From an uncultured Planctomycetaceae bacterium (lineage in GTDB: Bacteria > Planctomycetota > Planctomycetia > Pirellulales > UBA7805), in contig CAYFZZ010000192.1 of assembly GCA_964347545.1 (NCBI GenBank), forward strand, positions 1 to 55,724: 55,724 nt of DNA, given 5' to 3'. Below are positions 36,408 through 46,782 of the stretch, piece after piece. The notes beneath the pieces were generated by a model. That model did no database searches, had not been told where the DNA came from, and saw only the letters and a list, made by a program, of their open reading frames with translations. Each line of letters opens with the position of its first letter. Positions within the stretch are counted from its first letter, which is position 1. The position numbers and the translations under genes were made by a program.

Positions 36408-37718
36408 TCAGGCCAGGCGGGATGGTTCGGCGGCGATCAGCACGGCCACCGCCTGGCCCATCTGGGCTTGATTCAGCAAGAGGGCCACCGGTTTGCCCAG
36501 CGGTTGGGATTGACCGTGGACGACGTTCACCGGGCATTCCGCGTCGGGTTGCTGGTAATTGAGCGTCACGGGGATTTCACCGTGGGCCAGCCCCAGCAGG
36601 CTGGCGACGGCTTCGACCGCGCCTCCCCCGGCCCCGATGTCGCCGAAAAAACTCTTGGGGGCCGTGACGGGGACATCCCCCAGCACATCCCGGATGGCCT
36701 GCGCCTCGGTTCGGTCACCTTCGATGGTGGCGATGCCGTTGGCGTTGACGTGGCCGATGTCGGCCGGTCGTAGTCCCGCCGCTGCGAGGGCCGCTTGGAT
36801 GCCGGCCCGAATCGCCTGGCCCTCAGGCGGTGACCCCTGCCGGGTCGGTGGCTGGAAGGTACTGCCGTAACCGAGGATCCGCCCCAGGATGCGGGCCCCT
36901 CGCTGCTGAGCATGTGCTCGGCTCTCCAGCACGAACGAAGCGGCCCCTTCGCCAGGCACCGTCCCATCGCGGTCGGCGTCAAAGGGGCGGCAAGCGGTGG
37001 AGGGGGGGGAGGGGCAACGGTGGGTTAACTGGTTGCGAAGGCGGAAGTCGATGCAGGTGGGATGAATCTGCGAACTGGTACCGCCGGCGATGATCACATC
37101 CGCCTGGTTTCGCTGGATCACCCGAACGGCCTCGGTCAGAGCCTGCAGGCTGGAAACATCCCCGAGGGTGATCGAGTTATTGGGGCCCCGTGCGTCGTGA
37201 GCGATACCGATGTGGCAAGCGGGCATGTTGGGAAGGTATTTCAACAGCCACAAGGGATACATCTCGGAGAGGGCCTGGGATCCCCAACGAGCGAATTCGA
37301 ATTTGCCGTTGACCATGCAACTTCGCATCGGATCGACAATTTCCTCGACCTCGCAGTACATCAGGTCGGCCCCAAAAATAACCCCCACCCTTTCCGGATC
37401 GACGGCGGCCTCTTTCAGTCCGCTGTCGCCGACCGCCATATCGGCCGCGGCGAATCCGAGCTGAATGTCGCGGCACATGACCTTCAAGCTCTTCCGCGGC
37501 CGCACATACTGCTTGGGGTCGAAATCGTCGACCTGCCCGGCCAACTTGCAGGGGCAGTTGCGGTTGTCAAAGGCGGTCAGTTCGCCAATCCCGCTGCGCC
37601 CAGCCTGCAGGGCGTCCCAGAAGGCGTCCAGGCCAATGCCGATGGGGCTGATCACCCCCATACCGGTGATCACGACTTCGCGCTGCGGCGAATCAAGTTG
37701 ATAGCCACGGGAGTGCAT
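36408..37718 (-). CDS. Beta-ketoacyl-ACP synthase II (FabF)-like protein lacking the Cys-His-His triad
   Basis: It is colinear with FabF (VVITGMGVISPIG ... DVIIAGGTS ... RPFDADRDGTVPGEGAA). The triad positions read TLGDVSS (Cys to Asp), VNANGIAT (His to Asn) and KSFFGDIGAGGG (His to Asp). Confidence 0.85.
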   Translation of the reverse strand: MHSRGYQLDSPQREVVITGMGVISPIGIGLDAFWDALQAGRSGIGELTAFDNRNCPCKLAGQVDDFDPKQYVRPRKSLKVMCRDIQLGFAAADMAVGDSGLKEAAVDPERVGVIFGADLMYCEVEEIVDPMRSCMVNGKFEFARWGSQALSEMYPLWLLKYLPNMPACHIGIAHDARGPNNSITLGDVSSLQALTEAVRVIQRNQADVIIAGGTSSQIHPTCIDFRLRNQLTHRCPSPPSTACRPFDADRDGTVPGEGAASFVLESRAHAQQRGARILGRILGYGSTFQPPTRQGSPPEGQAIRAGIQAALAAAGLRPADIGHVNANGIATIEGDRTEAQAIRDVLGDVPVTAPKSFFGDIGAGGGAVEAVASLLGLAHGEIPVTLNYQQPDAECPVNVVHGQSQPLGKPVALLLNQAQMGQAVAVLIAAEPSRLA

Positions 37719-37965
37719 CGGGCGGGGCAGCGGCGGGCTCGAGGATTTAGAAGCGGCACCGGTGAGAGGGCCAGCAGCCCCAGCAGCCGGTAGGTGTGGA
37801 AGACCCCACATCCTAATCGGCGGCTGAAAAACCATCAAGATTAGAGCGCCGCTGGGCGTCCCCCACCCCACCGTTACGGTCAGGCCGCTCGGCCAGCGAG
37901 GAAGGCCCGCCAGCCGGTAAAGTGCTCGGCACACTGACCGCCGCGCCGCCCAGCCACCACCGCGC

Positions 37966-39135
37966 CTAAGATCCCGCTTCGCTATCCGCCGGGTAGTCGT
38001 ACAGCCGGTGCGTTTTGACCAGCCGGGCCCCCCCCTTTTCCAAACTGCGGCGGGAAAGCCGATTCGACTCGGCCACCCAGGAGAATTCGCATTCCTCGAT
38101 GCCGTAGTCCAGCACCTTGGGCAACAGGCCTTGGAGGACGACGAGGCTGAGCCCCCATTTTTGGTACTCGGGCACCACCGTAGTCGCGATGGCGCGAATC
38201 CGCTTGATCTCGCGCCGCTTGCTCAGCAGCTTCCAGAAACCCCACGGGAACAGGCGACCATCGGCCTGGCGAATGCGGGGGTTGAAATCCAACAAGGCGA
38301 AACAAGCACCGACCACCTTGCCCTCCACCTCGGCGATGCTGGTCAGCTGCGGTTCAATCAGCCACCGCAAGGCCCGGCTGAAATGCCGTGCCTCCGAGTC
38401 GGTCAACGGCACAAATCCCCAATTGTTGGCCAGGGATGCGTTGTAAATCTGCAAGTAGGTATCGACTTCCTCGCGAAAACGGGATTTGTCCAACGAACGG
38501 ACCTCTACCTGGAAGCGGCGCTTGGCTTCCTCACCAATAAACGCCAGCTTTTCGTCCAGCCCTGCCAGCATGTTGATGTGACCCCAGAAGGAAAGCAGGT
38601 CCTGGGATTTGCGGAAACCAAATTCTTCCACCAAACGCGGATAATACGGCTTGTTGTACGTCATCATGAACGTCGGCGGTTCGTCGAAGGCATCGATCAG
38701 CAGGCCACATTCGTAATTCATCGACGGGTTGACTGGTCCCCGCAGTTGGTGGATCCCCCGTTCGGCAAACCAATCGCGGACCGCCGTGAACAGCCCGCGG
38801 GCCACCTCCGAGTCGTCCACCGACTCGAAAAATCCAAAAAAGCCTCGCTGTTCCTCGTGATAGCGGTTGTGGCCGTGATCCAGGACGGCGGCAATCCGCC
38901 CGCAGACCGCCCCCGCCCGGGTGGCCAGAAACGTCTGAGCCTCGTTTTGCTCGTAGAAGGGGTGCTTCTTGTAACCGACCAGCTCCTGCTGGTTCAGCCG
39001 CAGAGGAGGGATCCAGTGGGGATCCTCGCGGTACAACTGCCAGGGATATTCCAGAAATTGCTTCCGCTGGCGGCGCGTGGTGACCGGCTGGACCTGAAGA
39101 GCGGACAAGGGTGCCTCCGCCGTCGGTTGGCGCAA
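37966..39135 (-). CDS. GNAT-like acyl/acetyl-transferase family protein (~390 aa, uncharacterised family)
   Basis: FLEYPWQLYREDPHWIPPLRL ... GRIAAVLDHGHNRYHEEQRGFFGFFESVDD ... LRGPVNPSMNYECGLL matches my recollection of a widespread uncharacterised GNAT-fold family. The start codon is uncertain (TTG 39135). Confidence 0.65.
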   Translation of the reverse strand: MRQPTAEAPLSALQVQPVTTRRQRKQFLEYPWQLYREDPHWIPPLRLNQQELVGYKKHPFYEQNEAQTFLATRAGAVCGRIAAVLDHGHNRYHEEQRGFFGFFESVDDSEVARGLFTAVRDWFAERGIHQLRGPVNPSMNYECGLLIDAFDEPPTFMMTYNKPYYPRLVEEFGFRKSQDLLSFWGHINMLAGLDEKLAFIGEEAKRRFQVEVRSLDKSRFREEVDTYLQIYNASLANNWGFVPLTDSEARHFSRALRWLIEPQLTSIAEVEGKVVGACFALLDFNPRIRQADGRLFPWGFWKLLSKRREIKRIRAIATTVVPEYQKWGLSLVVLQGLLPKVLDYGIEECEFSWVAESNRLSRRSLEKGGARLVKTHRLYDYPADSEAGS

Positions 39136-39210
39136 GGGTTGGGGACGCTGAGACTGGCTGAGCAGTGTAAAGGCCCCTTCGGGGGACGGTCAAGGTAATC
39201 CTGGCCCGGG

Positions 39211-39407
39211 AAGGGGTGAGGGGGTCAGGAGTGAGTGGGTGAGTGGTGAGTGGGGAGTGGTGAGTGGGGAGCGGGGAGCGGGGAGCGGGGAGGGGGTGAA
39301 ACAGGATTGTCAGCTGCAGAAGGCATCCAGTAGGCTGAGAGGCCGACAGGACTTCCAACCGCGTTTTTCTCCACCCCCTTACCCCTCCACCCCCTCACCC
39401 CCTCACT
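39211..39407. repeat. G-rich microsatellite block (39211-39297; GGGGAGC and GTGAGTGG units) and complementary C-rich block (39371-39407)
   Basis: Read directly from the sequence. Positions 39213-39225 (GGGGTGAGGGGGT) are perfectly complementary to 39389-39401. The blocks lie in the divergent intergenic region between the GNAT-like and epimerase genes. Confidence 0.8.
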
Positions 39408-39418
39408 CGGGTGCAGCC

Positions 39419-40432
39419 ATGGCCCATTTCCTGGTCACCGGCGGAACCGGTTTCATCGGCAGCCACCTGGTCGATACCCTGCTGGCCCGCGGGCACCAGG
39501 TCACTTGTCTGGCTCGACCCTCCCCCCGCACCGAGCGCCTGCAGGGCCAGGCGGTGCGGCTGGTGGAAGGCGACCTGTGCGACACGGCGGCGGTCCGGCA
39601 GGCGGTGGAGGACTGCGACGTGGTTTTTCACCTGGCCGGTTCGGTCAAGGCGCTCCAGCCAGAAACGATGCTCAAAACCAACGTCGAAGGCACACGGGTC
39701 CTGGCGACCGCCTGTGCCGCTCGACCCACTCCCCCCACGCTGGTGCTGACCTCCAGCCTGGCGGCGGCGGGACCCAGCCCGGCGGGGCAACCGCGACGGG
39801 AGGGGGATCGTTGTCAGCCCGTGTCGGTCTACGGACGCAGCAAGCGGGACGCTGAACTGGTGCTGGAGGAATTTGCCCAGCGGCTGCCGGCCAGCGTGGT
39901 ACGGCCTCCCATCGTATTTGGACCCCGCGACCAGGGCATGCTGGCCATGTTCAAGGCGATCCGCCGGACGCGGATGCACCTCCTGCCTGGCTACCGCCGT
40001 CGCACCTATTCCCTGATCCATGCTGCCGATCTGGTGGAGGCCTTGCTGCGGGTCGCCACCCAAGGATCGCGGCTGGCTGCGGCCAGTTCCGAGGGTGGCC
40101 ACCAGGGTTATTACTACGTGGCCGACGATCAGCAGCTGACGTACGGCCAGTTAGGCAGCATGATCACCCGCGCTCTGGGCGGCCGCTGGGTGCTGAACCT
40201 GCCGATGCCTGAGTGGAGCGTTTGGTTGTCGGCGTGGGTCAACGACCAAATCTCCCGCCGGCGGGGGGAGGCACACGTGTTGAATATTGACAAAGCCCGC
40301 GAGGCGACGGCCGGCAGCTGGACCTGCTCGGCGGAAAAAATCGAGCGGGAACTTGGCTTCCACACCGCCGCGCCGCTGGCCGAACGGATGCAGGAAACGG
40401 CAAGCTGGTATCGAGCCGAGGGGCTGTTGTGA
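39419..40432 (+). CDS. NAD(P)-dependent epimerase/dehydratase-family reductase
   Basis: MAHFLVTGGTGFIGSHLV Rossmann motif and YGRSKRDAE (YxxxK). Confidence 0.88.
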   Translation: MAHFLVTGGTGFIGSHLVDTLLARGHQVTCLARPSPRTERLQGQAVRLVEGDLCDTAAVRQAVEDCDVVFHLAGSVKALQPETMLKTNVEGTRVLATACAARPTPPTLVLTSSLAAAGPSPAGQPRREGDRCQPVSVYGRSKRDAELVLEEFAQRLPASVVRPPIVFGPRDQGMLAMFKAIRRTRMHLLPGYRRRTYSLIHAADLVEALLRVATQGSRLAAASSEGGHQGYYYVADDQQLTYGQLGSMITRALGGRWVLNLPMPEWSVWLSAWVNDQISRRRGEAHVLNIDKAREATAGSWTCSAEKIERELGFHTAAPLAERMQETASWYRAEGLL

Positions 40433-40612
40433 CACCTTCCCTGCACTCAGGCGGTCTGCAGGGGGGGACCGGGCTTGCGGGCGCCGGCCATCGGCGACCC
40501 ATCCGCCGCGGGCCGGCGGGCGCCGCGGTCCAGCGGCGACGGTGTCGGTCAGCCGGAGGGGGCCACGCCGCAGCCCCCGGTCCTGGGGGGGCCTGAGGCC
40601 CCGGCGGCAGCC

Positions 40613-43252
40613 TTAAAAGATCCCCAGGGCGACGAAGCTGTAGCGGACGACCAGGCCGGCGGCCACCACGCTGACCATGCTCATCAGCTTGATCAAAATA
40701 TTCAAGCTGGGACCGCTGGTATCCTTGAAGGGGTCGCCCACCGTATCCCCGACCACGGCGGCCTTATGAGCGTCGGTCCCTTTGCCGCCGTGCGCGCCGG
40801 CCTCGATGAATTTCTTGGCGTTGTCCCACGAGCCCCCCGCGTTGGCCATGAAGATCGCCACGCAAAAACCGCTGGTCAGCGTCCCGGCCAGGAGGCCCAG
40901 CACGCCGGAGACGCCCAGCAGGAGGCCGACGGCGACCGGGGTGGTCAGCCCCAACAGGGAGGGCACGATCATTTCCCGCTGAGCGGCCTTGGTGCTGATT
41001 TCTACCGGCCGCGCGTAATCGGGTGTCGCGCTGCCGTCCATAATCCCCGTGTTCTCGCGAAACTGCCGGCGGACCTCCTCGACCATCCCCTTCGCCGCGC
41101 GGCCCACCGCCTTCATCGTCATGGCGCAAAAGACGAACGTCGACATGGCCCCCAGGAAGATTCCCACCAGGACCTTGGGGTTCATCAGGGAGGCATCATA
41201 GTAGCGGGTAAAGTCTGGCAGGGTGGCGGTGTGCACCGGAACCAGTTTGTCCCCGGTGGCCTTAAAGCTGACCTCACCCTCTTCCTGAACCAACAGGTCG
41301 CTCACATTGGCCGGTTCCACCTCAAACGACCTGTTCTTCCACGGCTGGCGAATCGCCTCTTTCCGCAGGTCACTGGGCATGGCCAAAAAGGTATGCGTGT
41401 GCGTCCCGCGTTTTTCCACGACAAAGCCGTTTGACAGTTTGTAGAAGCCATCTTCGGCCAGCGCCGTGGCGGCGACATCCTCGCCCCAGCGTTCGAAGCC
41501 CACGCGGACCTCTTCCACATAGGCGGCCAGGAGGGCCAGCGCGGTGAGGGCTGCCGAGCCGATGGCGAAACCCTTGCCGGTGGCGGCCGTGGTATTGCCG
41601 AGGCTGTCCAGGGCGTCCGTCCGTTCGCGGACCACAGGCTCTAGCCCCGCCATCTCCGCATTCCCACCCGCATTGTCGGCGATGGGGCCGTAAGCGTCGG
41701 TGGCCAGGGTGATCCCCAGGGTGCTTAACATCCCCACGGCCGCGATGCCGACACCGTACAGGCCCAGAGCAAAGTAATCGACATCGGCGAAATTCCAGCC
41801 CGAGGCAAAGCCGAAGGCGCAGATCGTGCCCACACAGACCGTGATCACCGGCACCCACACGCTCATCATCCCGTCGGCCACGCCACCGATGATGATCGTG
41901 GCCGGTCCGGTCACCGCCTGGTCGGCCAGCTGCTTGGTCGGTGGGAACTCGTCGCTGGTCGCATACTCAGTCCACTTGCCGATCAGCCAGCCGGCGAACA
42001 ACCCCACAATGATGCTGACCGAAACCCCCGGCAAACCGCCAAAGATCAAGGTCCCGGGCGTTTTGGGCATCAGCCACCAGGCCAGCACCATGGCGCCCAC
42101 GGCGATCAACAGGCAGGAAAGATTGATCCCCCGAGCCAGGGCCGCCAGGAGGTTTTTCTGGGTGGCGTCTTCCCGGGTCCGGACCAGGTAAATGCCCAGG
42201 ATGGAGAGAAAAATGCCTACCCCGGCAATGGCCATGGGGAGGAAGAGGGCGTTCAGCTGGGCGGCGGTGGTGTTGGTGTCCCCGGCGGGGAGGAGGCTGG
42301 TGGTCGAGTAAGCGGCCACGCCTAGGGCGGCCGTGGCCAGGATGGAACCGCAATAAGACTCGTACAGGTCGGCGCCCATGCCGGCCACGTCCCCCACGTT
42401 GTCCCCCACGTTGTCGGCGATGGTGGCCGGGTTGCGGGGATCGTCTTCCGGGATGTTTTGTTCGACCTTGCCCACCAGGTCCGCACCCACGTCCGCCGCC
42501 TTGGTGAAAATCCCTCCGCCGACGCGAGCGAAAAGGGCCTGGCTGCTGGCCCCCATCCCGAAACACAACATGGTGACGGTGATTTCGACCAGGGAGAGCG
42601 GTTCAAATCCCATCAGGGGCCATAACCAGTAGAGGAAACCGAACCACAGCGTGATGTCCAACAGGCCCAGGCCGACGACGGTCAGACCCATCACGGCGCC
42701 CGAACGAAAGGCGACCTGCAGGCCGTCGTTCAGCGACGTGCGGGCACCTTGCGAGGTGCGGCTGCTGGCCCAGGTGGCCGTCTTCATGCCGCACCAGCCG
42801 GCCAGACCGGAAAAGAAACCCCCGGTCAAAAAGGCAAACGGAACAAATCGGCTCTGCACGTTCAAACCAAAAGCGGCAATCGCCAACAGGATCACGATCA
42901 CCACGAAAAATCCGGCGACTACGGTGTACTGTTGACGCAGATAGGCGTTTGCCCCCTGGCGGACATAGCCGGCAATCTCCACCATCCGCTCGTTTCCTTC
43001 GTCGGCAGCCATCATCTGCTTGTAAAATTTCCAGGCCTGCAGCAAGGCGGCGATCGATCCCACCAGAGCAATCAGCCAGACCAGGATCACCGTGGGCGAC
43101 GCCGATCCGCTGCCGGCGCCTCCGCCGCCGGAAGCTTCTCCGGCCCAGGCGCAAGCGGCGCCGAGGTTGAGCAACATCAGACAGCCAACCGCTGCCATCC
43201 ACGAGGAAACCGATCGAACCGACGGTAGAAGACAGGCACGCAATTTCAACAT
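40613..43252 (-). CDS. hppA: Membrane-integral pyrophosphatase (K+-dependent type by GNTTAA), 879 aa
   Basis: [55 protein letters not shown] and [14 protein letters not shown] are present. Extra sequence includes an N-terminal segment and a loop insertion of about 100 aa. Confidence 0.93.
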   Translation of the reverse strand: MLKLRACLLPSVRSVSSWMAAVGCLMLLNLGAACAWAGEASGGGGAGSGSASPTVILVWLIALVGSIAALLQAWKFYKQMMAADEGNERMVEIAGYVRQGANAYLRQQYTVVAGFFVVIVILLAIAAFGLNVQSRFVPFAFLTGGFFSGLAGWCGMKTATWASSRTSQGARTSLNDGLQVAFRSGAVMGLTVVGLGLLDITLWFGFLYWLWPLMGFEPLSLVEITVTMLCFGMGASSQALFARVGGGIFTKAADVGADLVGKVEQNIPEDDPRNPATIADNVGDNVGDVAGMGADLYESYCGSILATAALGVAAYSTTSLLPAGDTNTTAAQLNALFLPMAIAGVGIFLSILGIYLVRTREDATQKNLLAALARGINLSCLLIAVGAMVLAWWLMPKTPGTLIFGGLPGVSVSIIVGLFAGWLIGKWTEYATSDEFPPTKQLADQAVTGPATIIIGGVADGMMSVWVPVITVCVGTICAFGFASGWNFADVDYFALGLYGVGIAAVGMLSTLGITLATDAYGPIADNAGGNAEMAGLEPVVRERTDALDSLGNTTAATGKGFAIGSAALTALALLAAYVEEVRVGFERWGEDVAATALAEDGFYKLSNGFVVEKRGTHTHTFLAMPSDLRKEAIRQPWKNRSFEVEPANVSDLLVQEEGEVSFKATGDKLVPVHTATLPDFTRYYDASLMNPKVLVGIFLGAMSTFVFCAMTMKAVGRAAKGMVEEVRRQFRENTGIMDGSATPDYARPVEISTKAAQREMIVPSLLGLTTPVAVGLLLGVSGVLGLLAGTLTSGFCVAIFMANAGGSWDNAKKFIEAGAHGGKGTDAHKAAVVGDTVGDPFKDTSGPSLNILIKLMSMVSVVAAGLVVRYSFVALGIF

Positions 43253-43450
43253 TTCTCTCTCACCGATGACTGGAGTGTGTGGGACGGGCGGGGAAATTCA
43301 GGCTGCAGCCACGCCGCCAAGGTGGGTCACTGGTCGTGTGGGTGCGTCCCCGGGGTCAAGCACCGACTGGTGGTGCGACCGCCTCCCGCCCAAGGGACCG
43401 GCCAGCGTCGAATACCGGTCCATGGGGGAAGTGGTAACAATAAGCCAGGA

Positions 43451-43480
43451 AGTGTAATTAACGGGGTCTGCGAGTGTCAA
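43451..43480 (-). promoter_or_regulatory. Candidate sigma-70-type promoter (TTGACA-18 nt-TACACT) for hppA
   Basis: Read on the minus strand, AAAAAGTGAG precedes TTGACA (43480-43475). An 18-nt spacer leads to TACACT (43456-43451). The implied leader is about 190 nt. Confidence 0.4.
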
Positions 43481-43620
43481 CTCACTTTTTCCCGCTCAGC
43501 CCGACCTCCCGCAGCGGCCGCGTGGCGGAGGTGAAAAAGCGTCCGCAGAACCGGGAGGCGAGCGTCCCGGTTGCCGCCCGATGGGGCCCCCACCCGCCAG
43601 GCCAGCGGTGGCCAGGCCGC

Positions 43621-45030
43621 TCAGACCCCAGCACCGCTCAGCGGCTCCTCGCTGCGGTCGCGACGCAGCTGCCGCACCAGGCTCCGCAAACGCTGGTGAT
43701 ACTGGTGGCGGTCCTGTTGCCATTTTTTGAGCAGTTCCGCCTGCTCCAGCTGCTGGCGGTCCAGTTCCTGTTCGCGCGCGATCAAGCGGGCCGCTTGCTG
43801 TTCGATATCCATTTCGCGACGTCGGACCCAATCCTGCAGCTCTTTCTTTTCGCTGATCAGCTTGAGGTGCTGATTGGCCAGTTGTTGATGAGCCGCTTGC
43901 AGCAGTTGTTTTTCCTCCACGGCCGCGTTCCGCTGCAGGTCGTAGCTTTCCTCCAGCCGCCGGCGGAGGCGGCCCAGTTCGGTGGTTAAGGCCGGCGCCG
44001 GCACCGCCCGGCTCAGCTTGATCCACAGCTCCTGCGTCGCCAGCCGCAAGGCCAGCGCCTCGCGGTGCAGGTCCACCACCTCCTCTCGCGTCCGACCCAG
44101 GGCCGCTTGGCGAGCGTCGAGCTGAGTGCTGCGGCGGGCCAGGGCGGCCTGCCGCTGCTGCCACTGGTCGTCCAACTCCCGCTGACGTTGGGCCAGTTGA
44201 GTGCGAACTTCACGGTGCTGGGACTCGCTGCGCTGGCGTTCGGCCTTCAACTGCTCGCGCTGAACCTCCAGGTCGGCCTGGCTGTGGGCCAGCATCGCCT
44301 CGGCTTCGTCCAGCTGCTGTTGGCGAGCGGTGAATTCGTCTACCGCCCGCTGGTAGTCGGCTTGAAAAGACTCCCGTTTCCGCTGCTGCCACTCCTGCTG
44401 CTGCCGCTGGAACTCCTCTTCCACCGCCCGCCGCCGACGCTCGACCCCCTCCAGCAGCTGCTGGACCAGGGCCACGGACGCTTGCCGCCGGAAGTCGATT
44501 TGTTGCTGTTGCTGGCAAAGCTCCTTTTCCTGCAGCTGCCGTTGCTGCTGGAGTTTCTCCACGGCGGCAGCCACTTTGCCGGATAGTTCACCGTCGTCGG
44601 CCGCCCGAACCTGCTGCTGGCCGACCGCGGTGGCCAGGGCCGCTTCCGAGCGGGAGATGGCCTGCTGGCGGTCGTCCAGCTGCTCAGCCCGCCGTTCCAG
44701 CTCTTCCTGCCGCTCCTGCAGCCACAAGCGGGCGGCCCGCATCTGCGTGTCCGACTCGGCCGACCGCGCATTCAGCTCGGCCTCGCGGCGATCAAGCTCG
44801 CGCCGCATCGACTCCAAATGGCTGGCCAGTTGAGCGGCATGGGTGTGAACCTGCTGGAGGTCCGGGACGTCCGGGGAGGGGGAACGACCGCCAGCGGCCA
44901 CCGCCGCGGCCACGGGGCTGGGCTGAGCCACGCGGTCGGACGTGGGCCGCTGAGCCGGATGGGCGGCATCGATCCGCAAGAAAGGCCGATCTTGGTCTGC
45001 CGGCGGCGGGTCGGGGGTTTCCGAGGACAT
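43621..45030 (-). CDS. Q/E/R-rich coiled-coil protein, function unknown
   Basis: ATG at 45030. There are about 400 aa of continuous heptad-like sequence. I recognise no enzymatic motifs. Confidence 0.65.
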   Translation of the reverse strand: MSSETPDPPPADQDRPFLRIDAAHPAQRPTSDRVAQPSPVAAAVAAGGRSPSPDVPDLQQVHTHAAQLASHLESMRRELDRREAELNARSAESDTQMRAARLWLQERQEELERRAEQLDDRQQAISRSEAALATAVGQQQVRAADDGELSGKVAAAVEKLQQQRQLQEKELCQQQQQIDFRRQASVALVQQLLEGVERRRRAVEEEFQRQQQEWQQRKRESFQADYQRAVDEFTARQQQLDEAEAMLAHSQADLEVQREQLKAERQRSESQHREVRTQLAQRQRELDDQWQQRQAALARRSTQLDARQAALGRTREEVVDLHREALALRLATQELWIKLSRAVPAPALTTELGRLRRRLEESYDLQRNAAVEEKQLLQAAHQQLANQHLKLISEKKELQDWVRRREMDIEQQAARLIAREQELDRQQLEQAELLKKWQQDRHQYHQRLRSLVRQLRRDRSEEPLSGAGV

Positions 45031-45236
45031 GGCCGATGGGGTGTGAGGACCGATGCCGGGCGTCAGGGGGCTTCGCCGCTAAATTCACGCTAACCGGCAA
45101 ACCTTCTCCAACCTCTTTCATCGGCCCGCGACCGGTCGGGCCTTGATCGCAAAAGGACCAGCGTCCCTGGCAGTCCCCACCGCCGCAGCCGGCGGGGCCA
45201 TCCCCGCTACCGGCATGCTAGCACTGCCCGCTCGAC

Positions 45237-46397
45237 TTACGGGGCCCAGTCTCGGTGGGGTCCGGCGTGGATCACCGGATCGGCAGCGGCCTGTCCCGCG
45301 TGGATTTCCTGTTCGGCTGCCGCCACGCTGGCCGCGTCCGGGTGCAGCTGGAGGGCCAGATCGTAGCTGGCCGTTTCGCCGGCGGCCAGCTGGACGACCC
45401 GTCCCTTTTCCGATTCAAAGCTACGGGGGTTGGGGAAATTGGTGCCCGGTTCCAGGCCGGTCACATACCCGTCCGCTTCCGGCGGGTTATTCTTCCACTG
45501 GGTGAAACAGGGAAGCTGCCGCGTGTTGAACTTCAGGCTGACTCCCTGCTGGCCATCGGCGGCCTTCAGCAAGGTCCGCGTCCAGCCGTGGGCGTCCCCC
45601 AGCAAATCGAAGAAATAGACCCGTTCTCGCGATCCCGGCTCGACCGGCTGGTAGGTGCTCCAGTGAGCCACATCCCCGGCGGCGTGCTCGTCCCGCGGCG
45701 CCATCTCGCGGACAGCCGCGACCAGTTCTGCGCCGGGCCTGTTCAGGGGCGGCCCGAAGTTGATGTGATACAGCAGTTGAGCTTCTCCCGGATTGCCCGA
45801 GAAGTTGGTGATCTCGTCATGAATTTCCAGCAGCGTTGAGTCGGGTTGGGTGGTGATGGTGGAGGTGAGCCGCAATTTGTGAAAATGGAAGCGGGTTTCT
45901 TCGACCACGCCCGTGACGGAAATTTCTCCCGACTGCGGGTCCACGGAAACCTGCAGCTGGTGCGCGGGTCGGTTGGCGATCAGGCCGTGCAGGGGATAGG
46001 TCAGCATGCCCCGTTCGTCGAAATCGGGCGCCCCGTTGCTCAACAACCCGCAGCGGACCAGTAGTTCGTCAAAGCCGTACAGCCAGCCCAGCCCGTTGGG
46101 TTCCATGACCGGCACATAGCTGGGATGGACCGGTCCCCGCACGGGTGACTGCCAGCCGATTTCCGTTTGCCCGTGCCAGGCTTTCCAGATCCCCATCCCC
46201 CGGTCGGGAAGGACGGCCAGGCGGAGCGTCCCGTTGTCGATGGTCAGCAGCTGCACGCCTTCCTGCAAACCGCCGCGCAGGGTCTCAAGTTCGATCCGCC
46301 CGCCGGAGGCGGCTGCCAAGGCTTCGCCTGTCAGCAGCCACGATTCGGGGCGATGGTTTTTCGAGGTATCCCGCAGGTTCCAGGTTTTTACCGACAT
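45237..46397 (-). CDS. Aldose-1-epimerase-fold protein (DUF4432-like)
   Basis: MSVKTWNLRD ... LLTIDNGTLRLAVLPDRGMGIW ... YPLHGLIANRPA ... LLYHINFGPP matches a mutarotase-like pattern from recollection. ATG at 46397. Confidence 0.7.
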   Translation of the reverse strand: MSVKTWNLRDTSKNHRPESWLLTGEALAAASGGRIELETLRGGLQEGVQLLTIDNGTLRLAVLPDRGMGIWKAWHGQTEIGWQSPVRGPVHPSYVPVMEPNGLGWLYGFDELLVRCGLLSNGAPDFDERGMLTYPLHGLIANRPAHQLQVSVDPQSGEISVTGVVEETRFHFHKLRLTSTITTQPDSTLLEIHDEITNFSGNPGEAQLLYHINFGPPLNRPGAELVAAVREMAPRDEHAAGDVAHWSTYQPVEPGSRERVYFFDLLGDAHGWTRTLLKAADGQQGVSLKFNTRQLPCFTQWKNNPPEADGYVTGLEPGTNFPNPRSFESEKGRVVQLAAGETASYDLALQLHPDAASVAAAEQEIHAGQAAADPVIHAGPHRDWAP

Positions 46398-46657
46398 GGG
46401 ACGGCACTCCGCTGCACAAGTCGCGACGAGAAGAAGACGGATGTTGAATGTACGCCGCAGCGGGGACGTTTTCCAGAGATCGCCGGCAGGGTCGCTGCTC
46501 AACACGCCGCAGGAAGCGCCTGGCGCGGTGAGCCTCGCGGCGGGGGAGCTCAATCCGCCCTGCCGACCCGGCCTGGACGGCCGCCGCCCCCTGTCCGCAA
46601 ACCGCCGCGGAGGGGGCACAGCGGGGTGGCACCCGCCGTCGCGAGGCGGTGGGTGCC

Positions 46658-46686
46658 TTGTCAGCGATGCAGGTTCGACATAAAAA
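46658..46686 (+). promoter_or_regulatory. Candidate sigma-70-type promoter (TTGTCA-17 nt-TAAAAA) for the sugar gene cluster
   Basis: TTGTCA at 46658-46663, a 17-nt spacer, then TAAAAA at 46681-46686. It sits about 100 nt upstream of ATG 46783. Confidence 0.4.
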
Positions 46687-46782
46687 AGCGGTTTCCAGGC
46701 ACGCAGGCAGGCTGCCCGCGGGTGGTGGTTCGGCACGGAGGCGAGTGGAGACGAACGAGCCTCAATCGGTGCGGAGCTTACC

